A stretch of 64,000 nucleotides of DNA from an uncultured Planctomycetota bacterium (GTDB lineage: Bacteria > Planctomycetota > Planctomycetia > Gemmatales > Gemmataceae), in NCBI GenBank assembly GCA_963849325.1, contig CAWKHF010000005.1, positions 640,001-704,000 of the forward strand. The letters run 5' to 3'. Of this stretch, positions 46,924 through 60,778 are shown piece by piece. Made by a program: the position numbers and the translations under genes. A model generated the notes under the pieces. The model did not search any database and had not been told where the DNA came from. It saw only the letters and a list, made by a program, of their open reading frames with translations. Each line of letters opens with the position of its first letter. Position 1 is the first letter of the stretch.

Positions 46924-47973
46924 TCCGCAGTCTCCGCAAGGGCGGACGCGGGGCAGCTGGAAGCGGTGCGTGCCGTCCGCCAGGGGATCGAGACGGTCCG
47001 CGACGAGGTGAAGAAGGCGGAACCGTATCCGGGCGGACAGCGCTGGGTAGGCCGGCTGCGTACACTGGGAGTGCGGCTGGCGCGTTCGGGCGACGGCGAC
47101 GCTCGGCGCTTCCGCTGGTTCGAGCAGGCGCTCACGGATTTCGGCGAACGCAAACGCGAGGACGCCCTGCAAGTGCTCGACGATCTGCACCGGCGCCTGG
47201 CGCTGCTGGAAGATTCGCTGGCGGCGCCGCGCCACGATCCGGCGGAGGGCGAGACGAGCGGCCGTCCCCGGCGCTCGCCGGAGGACGTCAAGTCGCTGCT
47301 GCGCGGCACGGAAGGGCGGAAGCGCGAGCGCTCCCATCCGCGCGAGAAAATCCAGCCGGAACGTCAGGAACCACCCCGGCGTGAAGAGGTTCGCCGCGAG
47401 GAGCCGGAGGGCGAAGGTCCGCGTGGGCACGGTGGCGGAGGCGGGTCGCGGGGGAGCGTTCCCCGTGGGGGGGGCGGCTTCTCCGTTCTGGGTTGGGTGC
47501 TGCTCGTGGGGCTGGCACTGGCGGTCCTGACGGTCGCTCTCTATCTGTACCTGTCGTCGCGCCGTCGGCCGCGGACGCCGAAGTCGTCGGCCGCGACCGG
47601 GACTGAACCGTCAGCGGCGGACAGCGAGGCGCGGCAGGTGTTGGAGGAGTCGCCCAGCGAATTATGGCGACAGGCCGAGGCGTTGGCCGGTGCGGGCCGC
47701 TTCCGCGACGCGGTGCGCCTCCTGTACCTCGCCGTGCTGGCGCTGCTGCACCGGCAGCGGCTCATCCGTTTCGAGCCGATGCGCACCAACGGCGAATACG
47801 TCCGGCAGGTGCGCCTGTCCGAGCAGGCGCCGGCCAGCTTGCACGATCCCTTCCACCAGTTGACCGATCAGTTCGAGGCGAAGTGGTACGGCGAGCGTGC
47901 CTGCGATCCGAACGACTATCGCGCCTACCGCACGCTCGCCGAGGAGATTCAACGGATAGCGGATAGCGGATAG
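46819..47973 (+). CDS. DUF4129 domain protein
   Basis: AEALAGAGRFRDAVRLLYLA.L..L, RTNGEY, FEAKWYG. Confidence 0.82.
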   Translation: MKPKDNRNRTTRLPWVTRCLALLVTLSPCHLVSLSSAVSARADAGQLEAVRAVRQGIETVRDEVKKAEPYPGGQRWVGRLRTLGVRLARSGDGDARRFRWFEQALTDFGERKREDALQVLDDLHRRLALLEDSLAAPRHDPAEGETSGRPRRSPEDVKSLLRGTEGRKRERSHPREKIQPERQEPPRREEVRREEPEGEGPRGHGGGGGSRGSVPRGGGGFSVLGWVLLVGLALAVLTVALYLYLSSRRRPRTPKSSAATGTEPSAADSEARQVLEESPSELWRQAEALAGAGRFRDAVRLLYLAVLALLHRQRLIRFEPMRTNGEYVRQVRLSEQAPASLHDPFHQLTDQFEAKWYGERACDPNDYRAYRTLAEEIQRIADSG

Positions 47974-47980
47974 CGGACGG

Positions 47981-49225
47981 ATGAGACGTTTCGTGTGCTG
48001 GTGCCTGGTGGTGGTGTTGCTCGGCGTCTTTGGCGTCGTGGCGGCGCACCTGCTGCGCGAGCGGAGCCTGGCGGGGCGCGACATGCCGGCGTACTCGGTC
48101 TACTCGGAAGCCGGCGACGGACTCGGCGAGGCGGCGCACGTCCTGCGCCGACTGGGCTGGACGCCGGTGGCCTTGACGCAGCCGATCCAGCACGCCCGGC
48201 ATCGCGGTCTGCTGATCCTGACGGAGCCGCCGCGACGGAGCCTGTTCGGCGAGGACGCCGACGCCCTCTCGGATGGCGATGCCCGGGCGTTATTGCGCTG
48301 GGTGGAGCAGGGCAACACGCTGCTGCTGATGAGTCGCAAAAACACGGCGTTGCACCAGGCGCTCGGTGTCATCGTCACCGAGGGCGGCCGCGGCGACGAC
48401 GGCTTTACGCCGGTGGCCCTCGGCGCGGCGGGCGGCTATACCGAAGGCATCGAGCACCTCAGCGTCGGCTCGCGGGCCACGCTGCGCGGGCCGGGCGGCG
48501 GCCTGCCGCTGTGGTGGCTGGGCGATCGACCAGGGGCCGTCCTGCTCCGCCGCAAGAAGGGGCACGTGCTGGTCGTGGCCGACCCCCGCCTGCTGACGCA
48601 GGAAGGACTGGTCCGCTCCGACGGCGAACCGCGCGACGACAACGTGGTTTTCCTGGCGAACGTGGCGGCGCTGGACGCCCGCGACGGCAGGGTCTACTTC
48701 GACGAGTACCATCACGGCCTGCACTCCGGCGGCGGTTTCTGGAGTTACCTCGGCTATCACGGCGAGAAGGTCACGCTGCTTTTGGTGCTGCTGGTGCTGC
48801 TGGTCGCCGGATGGACGTGGGCGGTGCGGTTGGGTCCGCCGGTGCCGACGCCGAAGACATCGAGCGCCGACGCGGTCGATTACGCCTCGGCGCTGGCACG
48901 GCTGTATCAGCGGACGGGAGCGCGGCGTTTGCTGGCTCGCACCCTGGTGCGCAGCTTTCTCGCCGACATGACCCGGCACCTGCGTCTGCGCCGCAACGCG
49001 CTGCCGGCCGAGATTCTGGCGGCGTGGCGGCTGCACGATCCGGGGCCGTCGGCAGAGCGCTTGCAAACGCTGCTGCGCGGCGTCGGCGAGCTGCGCCGCG
49101 GCGAAGTGTCCGAGCGCCAACTGCTGGCATGGGCGCAGGCATTCGGCCAATTCACGCAGACCAAAGTCCGCCGTCCGTCCGAGCCGCGAGCGTCAGCGAG
49201 CGATCAAGCCAGCCCCGCTCGCTGA
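47981..49225 (+). CDS. DUF4350 domain protein
   Basis: YSVYS..G.G, L.WVEQGNTL, VYFDEYHHG, RLGPP, DYASALARLY. Confidence 0.8.
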   Translation: MRRFVCWCLVVVLLGVFGVVAAHLLRERSLAGRDMPAYSVYSEAGDGLGEAAHVLRRLGWTPVALTQPIQHARHRGLLILTEPPRRSLFGEDADALSDGDARALLRWVEQGNTLLLMSRKNTALHQALGVIVTEGGRGDDGFTPVALGAAGGYTEGIEHLSVGSRATLRGPGGGLPLWWLGDRPGAVLLRRKKGHVLVVADPRLLTQEGLVRSDGEPRDDNVVFLANVAALDARDGRVYFDEYHHGLHSGGGFWSYLGYHGEKVTLLLVLLVLLVAGWTWAVRLGPPVPTPKTSSADAVDYASALARLYQRTGARRLLARTLVRSFLADMTRHLRLRRNALPAEILAAWRLHDPGPSAERLQTLLRGVGELRRGEVSERQLLAWAQAFGQFTQTKVRRPSEPRASASDQASPAR

Positions 49226-49253
49226 CGCTCGCGGCTCGGACGGACGGCGGACT
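49165..49253. repeat. Palindromic REP-like element, family B (contains the DUF4350 stop)
   Basis: About 36-bp perfect arms AGTCCGCCGTCCGTCCGAGCCGCGAGCGTCAGCGAGCG. Confidence 0.88.
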
Positions 49254-49268
49254 AGGGAGGATTCTTGC

Positions 49269-50268
<1,000 letters not shown>

Positions 50269-50324
50269 AAGAGGGAACGACGAAAACGATGACTGAAGCC
50301 CGTTGAAAACGGGAGAAGCGTCGC

Positions 50325-50354
50325 TTGATTTGCGATACCATCGTTCGGTAGAAT
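50325..50354 (+). promoter_or_regulatory. Putative sigma70 promoter of the structured RNA
   Basis: TTGATT-18 bp-TAGAAT directly before the RNA. Confidence 0.55.
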
Positions 50355-50357
50355 ACA

Positions 50358-50429
50358 GAGGTCAGTTGGGAGAGCTGTCTGTTGGCGGCTCGTGTTCAGG
50401 GCGACCTGAACCTCAGCTGGCCTTTTTTA
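50358..50429 (+). ncRNA. Candidate DUF3800-associated structured RNA (three-way junction plus U-tract)
   Basis: P1 50359-50370/50412-50423 (12 bp), P2 50372-50379/50384-50391, P3 50394-50400/50405-50411 with a GCGA tetraloop, then T6. Confidence 0.6.
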
Positions 50430-50438
50430 TTCTCTCCG

Positions 50439-50519
50439 ATGTACCTCCTCTACGTCGATGAATCGGGCAGCAACCGCACCCCCAGCGGCAACAGCGGCGC
50501 GTGCCCCTTGCCGTCGTGA
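50439..50519 (+). pseudogene. Truncated DUF3800-like gene start
   Basis: MYLLYVDESG matches the typical DUF3800 N-terminus; it then runs into the antisense strand of the neighbouring gene and stops at 26 aa. Confidence 0.55.
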
Positions 50520-53500
50520 TCGAGCTGCCACGTCTGCACCCAATCCACCCAGCGGATCGGCACGGATGAATACAGCAGCGTATCGCGGCGAAGCGGAGGC
50601 AGAATCGCAAGCGCGGACGTGCCGTGCGAGCGCGGCGAAAGCTCCGGGCCGGCAGACAGATCATAGACAACCTCCCCCCCGCGCCGGTGTCCGGCCAAAC
50701 AACGAGTCCCTCCGCGGTCAGGTCATACACCGTCTTCGCCGGCAGCAGCGCTTCGACTTGTTCGCGCACCACATCGACGCCGGCCAGCTTGTAGAAACCG
50801 GCCAGGGCGTCGCGGAAGGCCGAGGCTTGCTCCGGCGCGAGCCGGGCGAACCATGTCTCCCGGCAACCGTCCGGGCAGATGAGTCCGGCGACCAGCCAGC
50901 CGGCGTGCTCCTCGAAATCGACGTGGATGCTCGCTCCAGGACCGCACAGTTCCAGGCGAATGCGGTTGATGGCGATGGTGATTTCGCCGGGGTTCAGGGA
51001 CAGGCAACTGCCCCAGCTTTTGCTGCCGGCCAGCACGGCGAGCAGGTTGCGCTCGACGAACTGCCGCAGACGCTCGCGGAGATGGTGCAGCGCCTCGTAC
51101 TGTTTGCGCGGCGAGCGGCCGCGACCGTGACGCAGCCGAGCGTACAGCTTGGGCACCGTGCCCGAGTGCAGGCCCGGACGCATCAGACGCAGCACCGTCT
51201 CGCCGTGATGGCCGACGATCTCCGGCCGCAACGTCGGCGACTGATTGGCGCGGTACAGACGCCAGTTCTCCTTGAACTCCCAGACGAGGAAGCCGGCCAG
51301 GCCCGGCAGCAGCCCGATCGCCGTCACCGCCACGGAGTAGCCCATCGCTTTGCCCAGCACCGGCTCGACCGAGGACAGAAAGAAATCGAGCAGGTCCTTG
51401 TAGATCGGCACGATCAGCTTGGCCGTCACCGTCACCACGGGGAAATGCTTGATCGGGTTAAACGTCGGCTCGACGAACAGATTGAAGACCAGCCGAAACA
51501 AATAGGTGACGCCGAACCACATCAGGCCGAGGACGGGCTTGGCATAGAGTGACAAGCGACTGTCACCGGGACGAAAACGCAGCCATTCGTCCACGGTGTA
51601 GATCAGCCGTTCGACCTCTTCCTGCAAGCGGCGGAACAGGTAGAGGACCCAGCGCACCAGGCCGGGCACGATGTCCGCGCGGAGGAGCTGCCAGGTGCGC
51701 ATCACATGGTCGGTGCCCACTTCCTCGACGTACATCCCCAGCCGCGAGTTCAACAGCAAACTGCCCACGGCGAACACGCCGGCTCCGACGCCGAGAGAGA
51801 GGGATAGGCCCAGTCCGAGATCGTACAGGCCCAGCGTACACAGGGCGGCCCACAGCAGTGGCTTGAGGATGAACTGGTAGACGAGCAGCCACGGGCGGCT
51901 TTGCAAGAGGCGCACCATCCACGGCAAACGCAGCAACCAGGCCGGCAGATCGCCGGCCAGCCAGCGCAGCCCGTGCCAGGTTTTCACGGCCGCCCGCAGC
52001 AGAGCGCGACGGAACGGGCCGACGTGGAACAGGGCCAGGAAAAACAGGCCGAGCAGCGTGAAAGCATAGGGATTGATGTGCTTGGCCGCCTCGCTCGCCG
52101 CCTCGCTGCCTTCGGGCGGCGCGCCGTGAATGCGCTCCATCACTTCGTCCCAGACCTTCAGCAGCGCCAGCGAGCAGCCGAACGGCAGGGCGACGTAACG
52201 AGTGAGCAATCGGCCGACGCGAGTGCCGAAGGCAGCGGCACTGAAACGCTGCAGCCAGCGCAGGTAAATCTCGCCGCGATGATAAACGCCGTCGAGATCG
52301 GCCGCCAGCTGGCGGTTGGCGCGGAGGAGCGCGTCGCCCAGGAAAAACGTGGCGATGCCCCGTGCGATGGCCCTTATCACGTCCCGGATGCCGCTGACGG
52401 CTTGGCGTGAGTCGCCAGCGGCGTGGATCGTCGGGTCCGGTCAGGTCGGGGAGCTTGAGGCGATTGCGCGCGATGGCGTCGCGCAGGTCGCTCATGCCGA
52501 GGAAGCCTTGTTCGACGATGCGGTCGATCAGTTCCTCGACCACCTTGTCGCGCGCCACCTGCTCGGCGATGTGGCGCGGCGGCAGACCAACCTTGTCCAG
52601 GGCGGCGCGGATGACCGGCCGCAGTCTCTCGCGCAGGCGGTGCTCGCAGTGGTGGGCCGACTCGATCATGCGAGCGATAAGGCGGCGGCGGATCGGCTCG
52701 GGGATGCGGATGGCGGTCAGGCGGTGCATGGCCGAACGCAGGTGCTTGACCATCCGTACCGGGCCATGGAAAGGCAGCAAGCGCTGGATCGACCGTCGCC
52801 CCCAGGAAGCAAACCATTCGACGAGGTCCACGGCGTAGACAGGGCGCTCCTGATCGATGCACACTTTTTGCAGATCGTAGAGCATCCGGCCCTCGCTGGG
52901 CCAGGCGCCGCGCGCCGCCGGTTCGAGCAGGGCCAGCAGCGCCTGCCGCCAGTCGGCGGCGGCCTCGTCCGAGTAGCCGAGCACCTTCTGCAAGCGGCGC
53001 GCTGAATTGCTCGATCTCACCCCGAGCGGCGGCGCGGATGGCGTCGGCCTGGCCGCTCGGAGCGAGCGGCACCGCCCGCATACGAAAGATGGCGGCGCGC
53101 ACCATGTTGCCGCGCGAGTCGGCCCTGTCGGCGCGGTCCAGGAGACGGCGATAGGCTTGCGGCGAGCGGGGAGCGTCAGCCCCCGGTTGCACGGGAGAAC
53201 AGGGGGCTGACGCTCCCTCCTCGCCATCCCTTGCTTCCGGCATCGCCACGGGATCCGGAGCACCCTCCAGCCGCGTCGCGGCAAACAGACCGGCCGCGTC
53301 CACGTCCACGGCCAGCGTCGCCTCGATCGTCTCCCGGTGGGCGCACGTCGGAAAGTACACCGGCAGCAGGTGCGGAGCGAAATAACGCAGTTCCAGGTAA
53401 ACGGCGGTGAATTCCTCGTAGACGGTGCGGGCGTCGTCGGGCGGCAGAAGAAAATGCTCCTGCCGCAGCACCGCCATCGCCTCGTCGAACTCGGTCAGGC

Positions 53501-53912
53501 CGATCCGTCGGATGCGCGCGCGCACCTCCCCCTCGCTGACAGGACGGGCTTGCAAGGCCAGGTGGACCCGCGCGTGAAACAGCAGGCGCCAGTATTTCAC
53601 CAACGTCGCCTCGCGCTTCCGCGCCGACAGGCGCGGAGTGTCGGGGCGAGGGAAGAGCAGCAGCGTCGGCGGCAGATCGCGGCCCGACTCGACCCCTAAC
53701 TCGTCGCGGTCGGCGATCCGCAGCAAGCGCTCGCGGTCGATGACGTAACTCTTGCGATGCGGGACTTGTAGCCCCGGCCCGGTCAGTCCGCGGTCCTTCT
53801 TGATGACGCGACGGAGGATACGCGGCGCGACCAGCAGCGCGGCCGGCTCCGTCTGGCTCACAATCCGCTCGAGATCGGCGACCGTCAGAACGATGGCGGG
53901 CGGAACACTCAT
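50450..53912 (-). CDS. Large conserved planctomycete membrane protein of unknown function, multiply frameshifted
   Basis: Protein-like segments continue across ORFs 52377-53951, 51563-53284, 50413-52380 and 50450-50698; multiple TM helices; EPTFNPIKHFPVVTV. Confidence 0.7.
53161..53225. repeat. REP palindrome in frame in the large membrane gene (GEEGASAP...GADAPRSP)
   Basis: GGCGAGCGGGGAGCGTCAGCCCCC...GGGGGCTGACGCTCCCTCCTCGCC. Confidence 0.8.
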
Positions 53913-54062
53913 AAAACGAGACCCTTCCTGGAGGCTCGAATCCGCCGTCATGGTAACGCCGAAACAACAGGATCGCTACCAAAGATGGGTCTTTTCGCGG
54001 TTCGATGCCGCTGGTATCCTTGATTCGTTGACCGCGCCGAGGAGTCCAACGGAGATACCGCC

Positions 54063-54307
54063 ATGACCATCGAACAATTGCGGCGAATGCACCTGGCTCG
54101 GCCCTTTCAGCCGTTCGAGATTCATCTGACGGATGGTCGCGTGCTGTTGATAGAGCATCCGGAATTTCTGGCTCAAGCGCCGACGGGCGCACCATTGCCG
54201 TGGGACATGCCGACGGGACGTTGGAAATCGTGGATTTGCTGTTGGTCGTTAGCCTCAAACCGCGTCCCAATGGCTCCTCCCGTCGCGGTCGTCCTCGTTC
54301 TCAATGA
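54063..54307 (+). CDS. Small conserved hypothetical protein (PFQPFEIHLTDGR..I.HPE type), frameshifted
   Basis: GGAG RBS; continues as TIAVGHADGTLEIVDLLLVVSL in another frame. Confidence 0.65.
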
Positions 54308-54512
54308 CCCCGTTTTTCCCTTCTCTTCCGCGGATCGCGGGACGCCAAGGAGCCACAAACCGGAAAGGCCCGCCGGCATCCGTGGACTTCCCCGCCAACG
54401 CCCTCTATCCTTACGATGTTCCGGCAGGAATGCCGGCGCACCCCGCTTCGACCCGTGCAGGTGCCGGTTCGACGAAGATGCGAAAATGGTTCTTTAGGAG
54501 ACTTCGCCGCTC

Positions 54513-57118
<2,606 letters not shown>

Positions 57119-57125
57119 GTTGATT

Positions 57126-57191
57126 TGTTTCGCCGCGACGCGCAGCGGAGCGCGGGACTCCCGCGCTCCGCTGCGCGTCGCGGCGAAACAT
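57126..57191. repeat. REPIN-like doublet, family A
   Basis: TGTTTCGCCGCG...CGCGGCGAAACA. Confidence 0.9.
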
Positions 57192-57198
57192 CGTTTGC

Positions 57199-59049
57199 TC
57201 ATTTCTTCTGCTTGTCCCACCACTGCAACCACTGGAGGGCGGCCCGATCGCGGTCCTCGCGGCTGGCGTCGGCGGCGGGACCGAAATCCTGGGCCGTCAT
57301 CTCCTTGAGCGCCGCATGAGCGGCGCGCACCACCGACATCTCGGGATCGCGCAGCAGCGGGATGAGATGGGGAAGGAGAGATTTGCTCTCCTTCATGGCG
57401 ACGGCCAGGGCCGCCGCGCGGCGAATTTCGCCGTCCTCGTCCTGCAAGTAGGCGGCCAGCGTCTCGTCCTTCATGCGCGTCAGGCGCTCGGCCAGGGCAC
57501 GCCGCGCCTTGCGGTGCGGCTCGCCTTCCAGCCGGGAGAGGGCCAGCGCCAACGCCTCGGTATATTGCGGTCCCTTCTCATCGCGCATCTTCTCCAGCAA
57601 CTCGGCCTGCCGACCGCCCGAGGCCTTCACCAGCGTCTCCGCCAGTCGGCCGCCCTCGGTGTCCGTCCATTGGGCGTCTTGCAACGGCTTGAGGATCGGC
57701 TTGGCGTCGGTGGATTCGATGCCCGAGCGCAGCGCGCGGCTTGACGCCGCGTAAACTGTCGCCGCCGATGCCGCCGCCGCGAATCTCGCGCTCGCCGGGA
57801 TCTCTCAGCTGGCCCTTGAGCTGGACCGTCAAATCCGTCACCAGGTTCGCGCGCTTGAGGAACAGCAGGGCGAAACAGGTGTCGGCCCCGTAGGTGCCGT
57901 AATCGCCGGACCACGAACCGTCCGGCTTCTGGTTGGCCAGCAGGATTTCGGCGCCCCAGGCGTACCAGTCCTTCTTGCCGAGGGTCGGCAAGTCCAGGGC
58001 CACCGCCACTCGTTCCAGCGACCACAGGAAGTAATAGGTCCGGCCGCCCACGCGCAGGTCCGGGTTGGGCGGGTCGAAGGGGTTGAGGCGCAGGTTGCGC
58101 GGATTGCCGATCACGGAGCCGAGGGCCGTCAGGCCGGTCGTCAGATGAACGTCCTTGCCGAGGTCGGGGAGCTTCCGGCCGGCCGGCTTGCGCTGCTTGA
58201 GCAGTTCCAGGGCGGCCGCATCGGCGACGGTCAGACCGAGCAGGCCGGCACAGGTCATGCTCGCGGTCGAGGCCATGCCGGGCTGGGAAACGGACATCGT
58301 GTACGACCATCCGCCGTCGGCGTTCTGGCTGCTGCGGAAGCGCGTCCCGATCCGGAGCGCGGCCCGTTCGACCGGCAGGCCATATCGACGCCCCACCCAC
58401 AGGGCGATCGTGGCGAATTGCGTGTTCGAGTTGTCTCCTCCCGCGAAGACCGGCCCCGTGGCGGCGCCGGCCGCGCCGCGCTCGATCAGGAGCAACTGCC
58501 GCTGGATCTCTTCGGGCAGGTCCTTGACGGTGCGCTTGGCGGCGCCCGGCGTGGGCGGCTCGCGCCGGCCGCTGCGTTCCTTGTGCTTGTCCAGCCAGGC
58601 TTGCAGACGGCGCACCTCGCCTTCGCCAATGGCCGGACAGCTGTAACTCCAACCGCCCGAGGCGTCCTGCCCGGCGAGCAGACGGACCACGAGCGATTCG
58701 ATCAGCGGAACGTCGGCGGAGTCGCCGAGCCGGTCGAGAAACAGGATGGACAGAGAGATGGAGTACGTTTGCGTGGCTCGAAGGCTGGCTGGGCGCACCG
58801 CATCGGCGGCGCGGCGCACGTCCTTGTCGTCGGCGCCGGCGCCGCACTCCAGCAGGGTCAAGCCGGCCAGGGCCGTCGGGCCGATTTCGCTGTGCTGCCA
58901 GGTGCCGTTGCCGCCCTGCATGCGACGCAGTGCCTCGACGCCGCGGTCGATGGCACGCTGGACGTCCCGCGGATCGACCGCCCGCGCGGCGCGGCCGCCG
59001 ACACCAGCACCACCGCGGCGAGCGGTCCCCAAGCCAGCAGTATTCTCAT
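57199..59049 (-). CDS. Secreted prenyltransferase/squalene-oxidase-repeat protein with C-terminal HEAT repeats, frameshifted
   Basis: AIDRGVEAL..Q..NGTW, GDNSNTQFA, QNADGGWSY, YFLWSLERV, DWY.WGA; HEAT-like repeats in 57199-57684. Confidence 0.75.
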
Positions 59050-59209
59050 GGCATGTCCTCTGCGAAGGGAGGCGAGCGGAACCTTCTCCCAGGATACTCT
59101 TCGCCCTGGAAACTTGTCAGCGCCTTCCGCGCGACGAAACGCGGCGAGCCGGCACCCCGGGACGAGGCGCCGGCTCGCGGCCAAGGCGACGAGTTTCGTC
59201 GATCCTTGC

Positions 59210-60562
59210 TTACGGCTTGGTATCGGCGCCGCTGCCGGCCAGGCGAGCGACCTTGTAGTCGTAGTCGGCCAGGGCGTGGTAGAGGGCGATGTAGGCGGGT
59301 TCGTCGCCCGGCGTCGCCTCGGCGAACGACAGTCCGTTCTCGCGCATGAACTGCACCAGCTCCGCCACGTTCTTGGCCCGCAGCTTCCATTTGTCGATGT
59401 AGTTGACCGCGTTGGGAGACTTCAACGCGGTCACGGCGTGTTCTACCTGACGCAGATAGCGACTGGCCTCGGTGTACTGGTCCGGCGACATGCTCCCGAC
59501 ATTCTCATCGAGCGCGTTGCGGAGCTTTTTGAGGTCGGCGTCGAGATCGTTGAGGGTGGCCGGGTCGGGGTTTTTGTTGCCGACCCGAACGGCATCGAAG
59601 GCGTTCCGGATGCGGTGGTTGAAGTTCTCGCGCGCATCCTTGAAAGGCTCGCTCTGCAGCGTTTGCGGCCATTGCAGCTTGCCGTTCTCCTTGAGGAGCA
59701 GTCCCAGGTTGCCGCGCGTGTCGCCGGTCGTCAGGCGGATCGACTGGAGCGTGTCCTCGCTCAAAGGCACGTTCTCCCCGCGAACGCCCCGCCCCTGCTG
59801 CTCGATGAGGTAGCCGAGCAACGCGTTGAGGGATTGGCCGGACGTCACCTCGACCAAGGGCGGGCTGTTGCGGGCGCGATCTATGGTGCGACGGATCTGC
59901 TCCTGACGGATCTTCTCGGGGTCGGGCATCTGGGCGCGCTTCCACTGCGCCTCCTCGATCATGGCCCGCCGCGTTCGGATGGACGCCTGCCGCGCTTCCT
60001 GGCGGTAGATCTTGGCCTGCGAGATGGTCAAATAATAGTTGGCTTGGGCAGTGGTCAGGGAGGCTGCCCCGCTCAGGTAGCCCTGGTAGCCGCCGGAGAG
60101 GCCGGCGTAGATACCGGCGGTATTCATGCCACTATAGTACGAGCCAATACCGCCGTAGCCGAGGCCGAGCATGGCGCCGGCCAAGCCGCCGTAGACGCCA
60201 CCACCGCCGTAACCGCTACTGTTCATCAGCGAGCCGTAGCCCATGCCTCGGCCCATGCCGGCGCTGTAGCCCATGCCGGAGCCGTAGCCCATGCCGCGGC
60301 CCAAGCCAGCCCCGTAGCCCAGGCCCGCGCCGGAGCCGTAGCCCACGCCGAAGCCCCTCGCGGCAGCCACCGGATGCGCCAGGGCCGCCAGGTTGGAACC
60401 GAGCACGGCCGCGCCGGCCGCCCGGCTCGCCAGGGGGTTGGCATAGATATTGGGATTCAAGGCCATCGGGTTCACCTGGGCCGAGCTTTCCCGGCTCAAG
60501 GGACCAAGGGCACCCAGGACACCCAGCAACACCGCGACGCCGCTTCGCACAGGAACGTACAT
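59210..60562 (-). CDS. Secreted planctomycete hypothetical protein with Gly/Tyr-rich low-complexity N-terminus
   Basis: GGAGAGG RBS, signal peptide, GMGYG repeats, SGQSLNALL, L.FAEATPGDE.AY..LY. Confidence 0.7.
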   Translation of the reverse strand: MYVPVRSGVAVLLGVLGALGPLSRESSAQVNPMALNPNIYANPLASRAAGAAVLGSNLAALAHPVAAARGFGVGYGSGAGLGYGAGLGRGMGYGSGMGYSAGMGRGMGYGSLMNSSGYGGGGVYGGLAGAMLGLGYGGIGSYYSGMNTAGIYAGLSGGYQGYLSGAASLTTAQANYYLTISQAKIYRQEARQASIRTRRAMIEEAQWKRAQMPDPEKIRQEQIRRTIDRARNSPPLVEVTSGQSLNALLGYLIEQQGRGVRGENVPLSEDTLQSIRLTTGDTRGNLGLLLKENGKLQWPQTLQSEPFKDARENFNHRIRNAFDAVRVGNKNPDPATLNDLDADLKKLRNALDENVGSMSPDQYTEASRYLRQVEHAVTALKSPNAVNYIDKWKLRAKNVAELVQFMRENGLSFAEATPGDEPAYIALYHALADYDYKVARLAGSGADTKP

Positions 60563-60694
60563 GGCAACCTCTCCCGAAAAGCCAGTAGTGCAACCGATCC
60601 CGGCTCGGAACAAGCCGCAACGCCTCCATTCGTGGATGTGTCTATCTCTCATCCTATCCCTCGGACGCGCCTCTCGCAAGAAAAAGAGTTCCCG

Positions 60695-60759
60695 GTTTAG
60701 CCGCGACGCGCAGCGGAGCGCGGGACAGACCCGCGCTCCGCTGCGCGTCGCGGCTAACC
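60695..60759. repeat. REPIN-like doublet, family A
   Basis: GGTTTAGCCGCG...CGCGGCTAACC. Confidence 0.9.
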
Positions 60760-60778
60760 AAAAAAGGGCGGCTCATTC

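Noticed and set aside
47952-47979. (CGGATAG)n heptamer run as a phase-variation tract
   Set aside because: Only about three units at a gene end; more likely a remnant of another short-period repeat, with little coding consequence.
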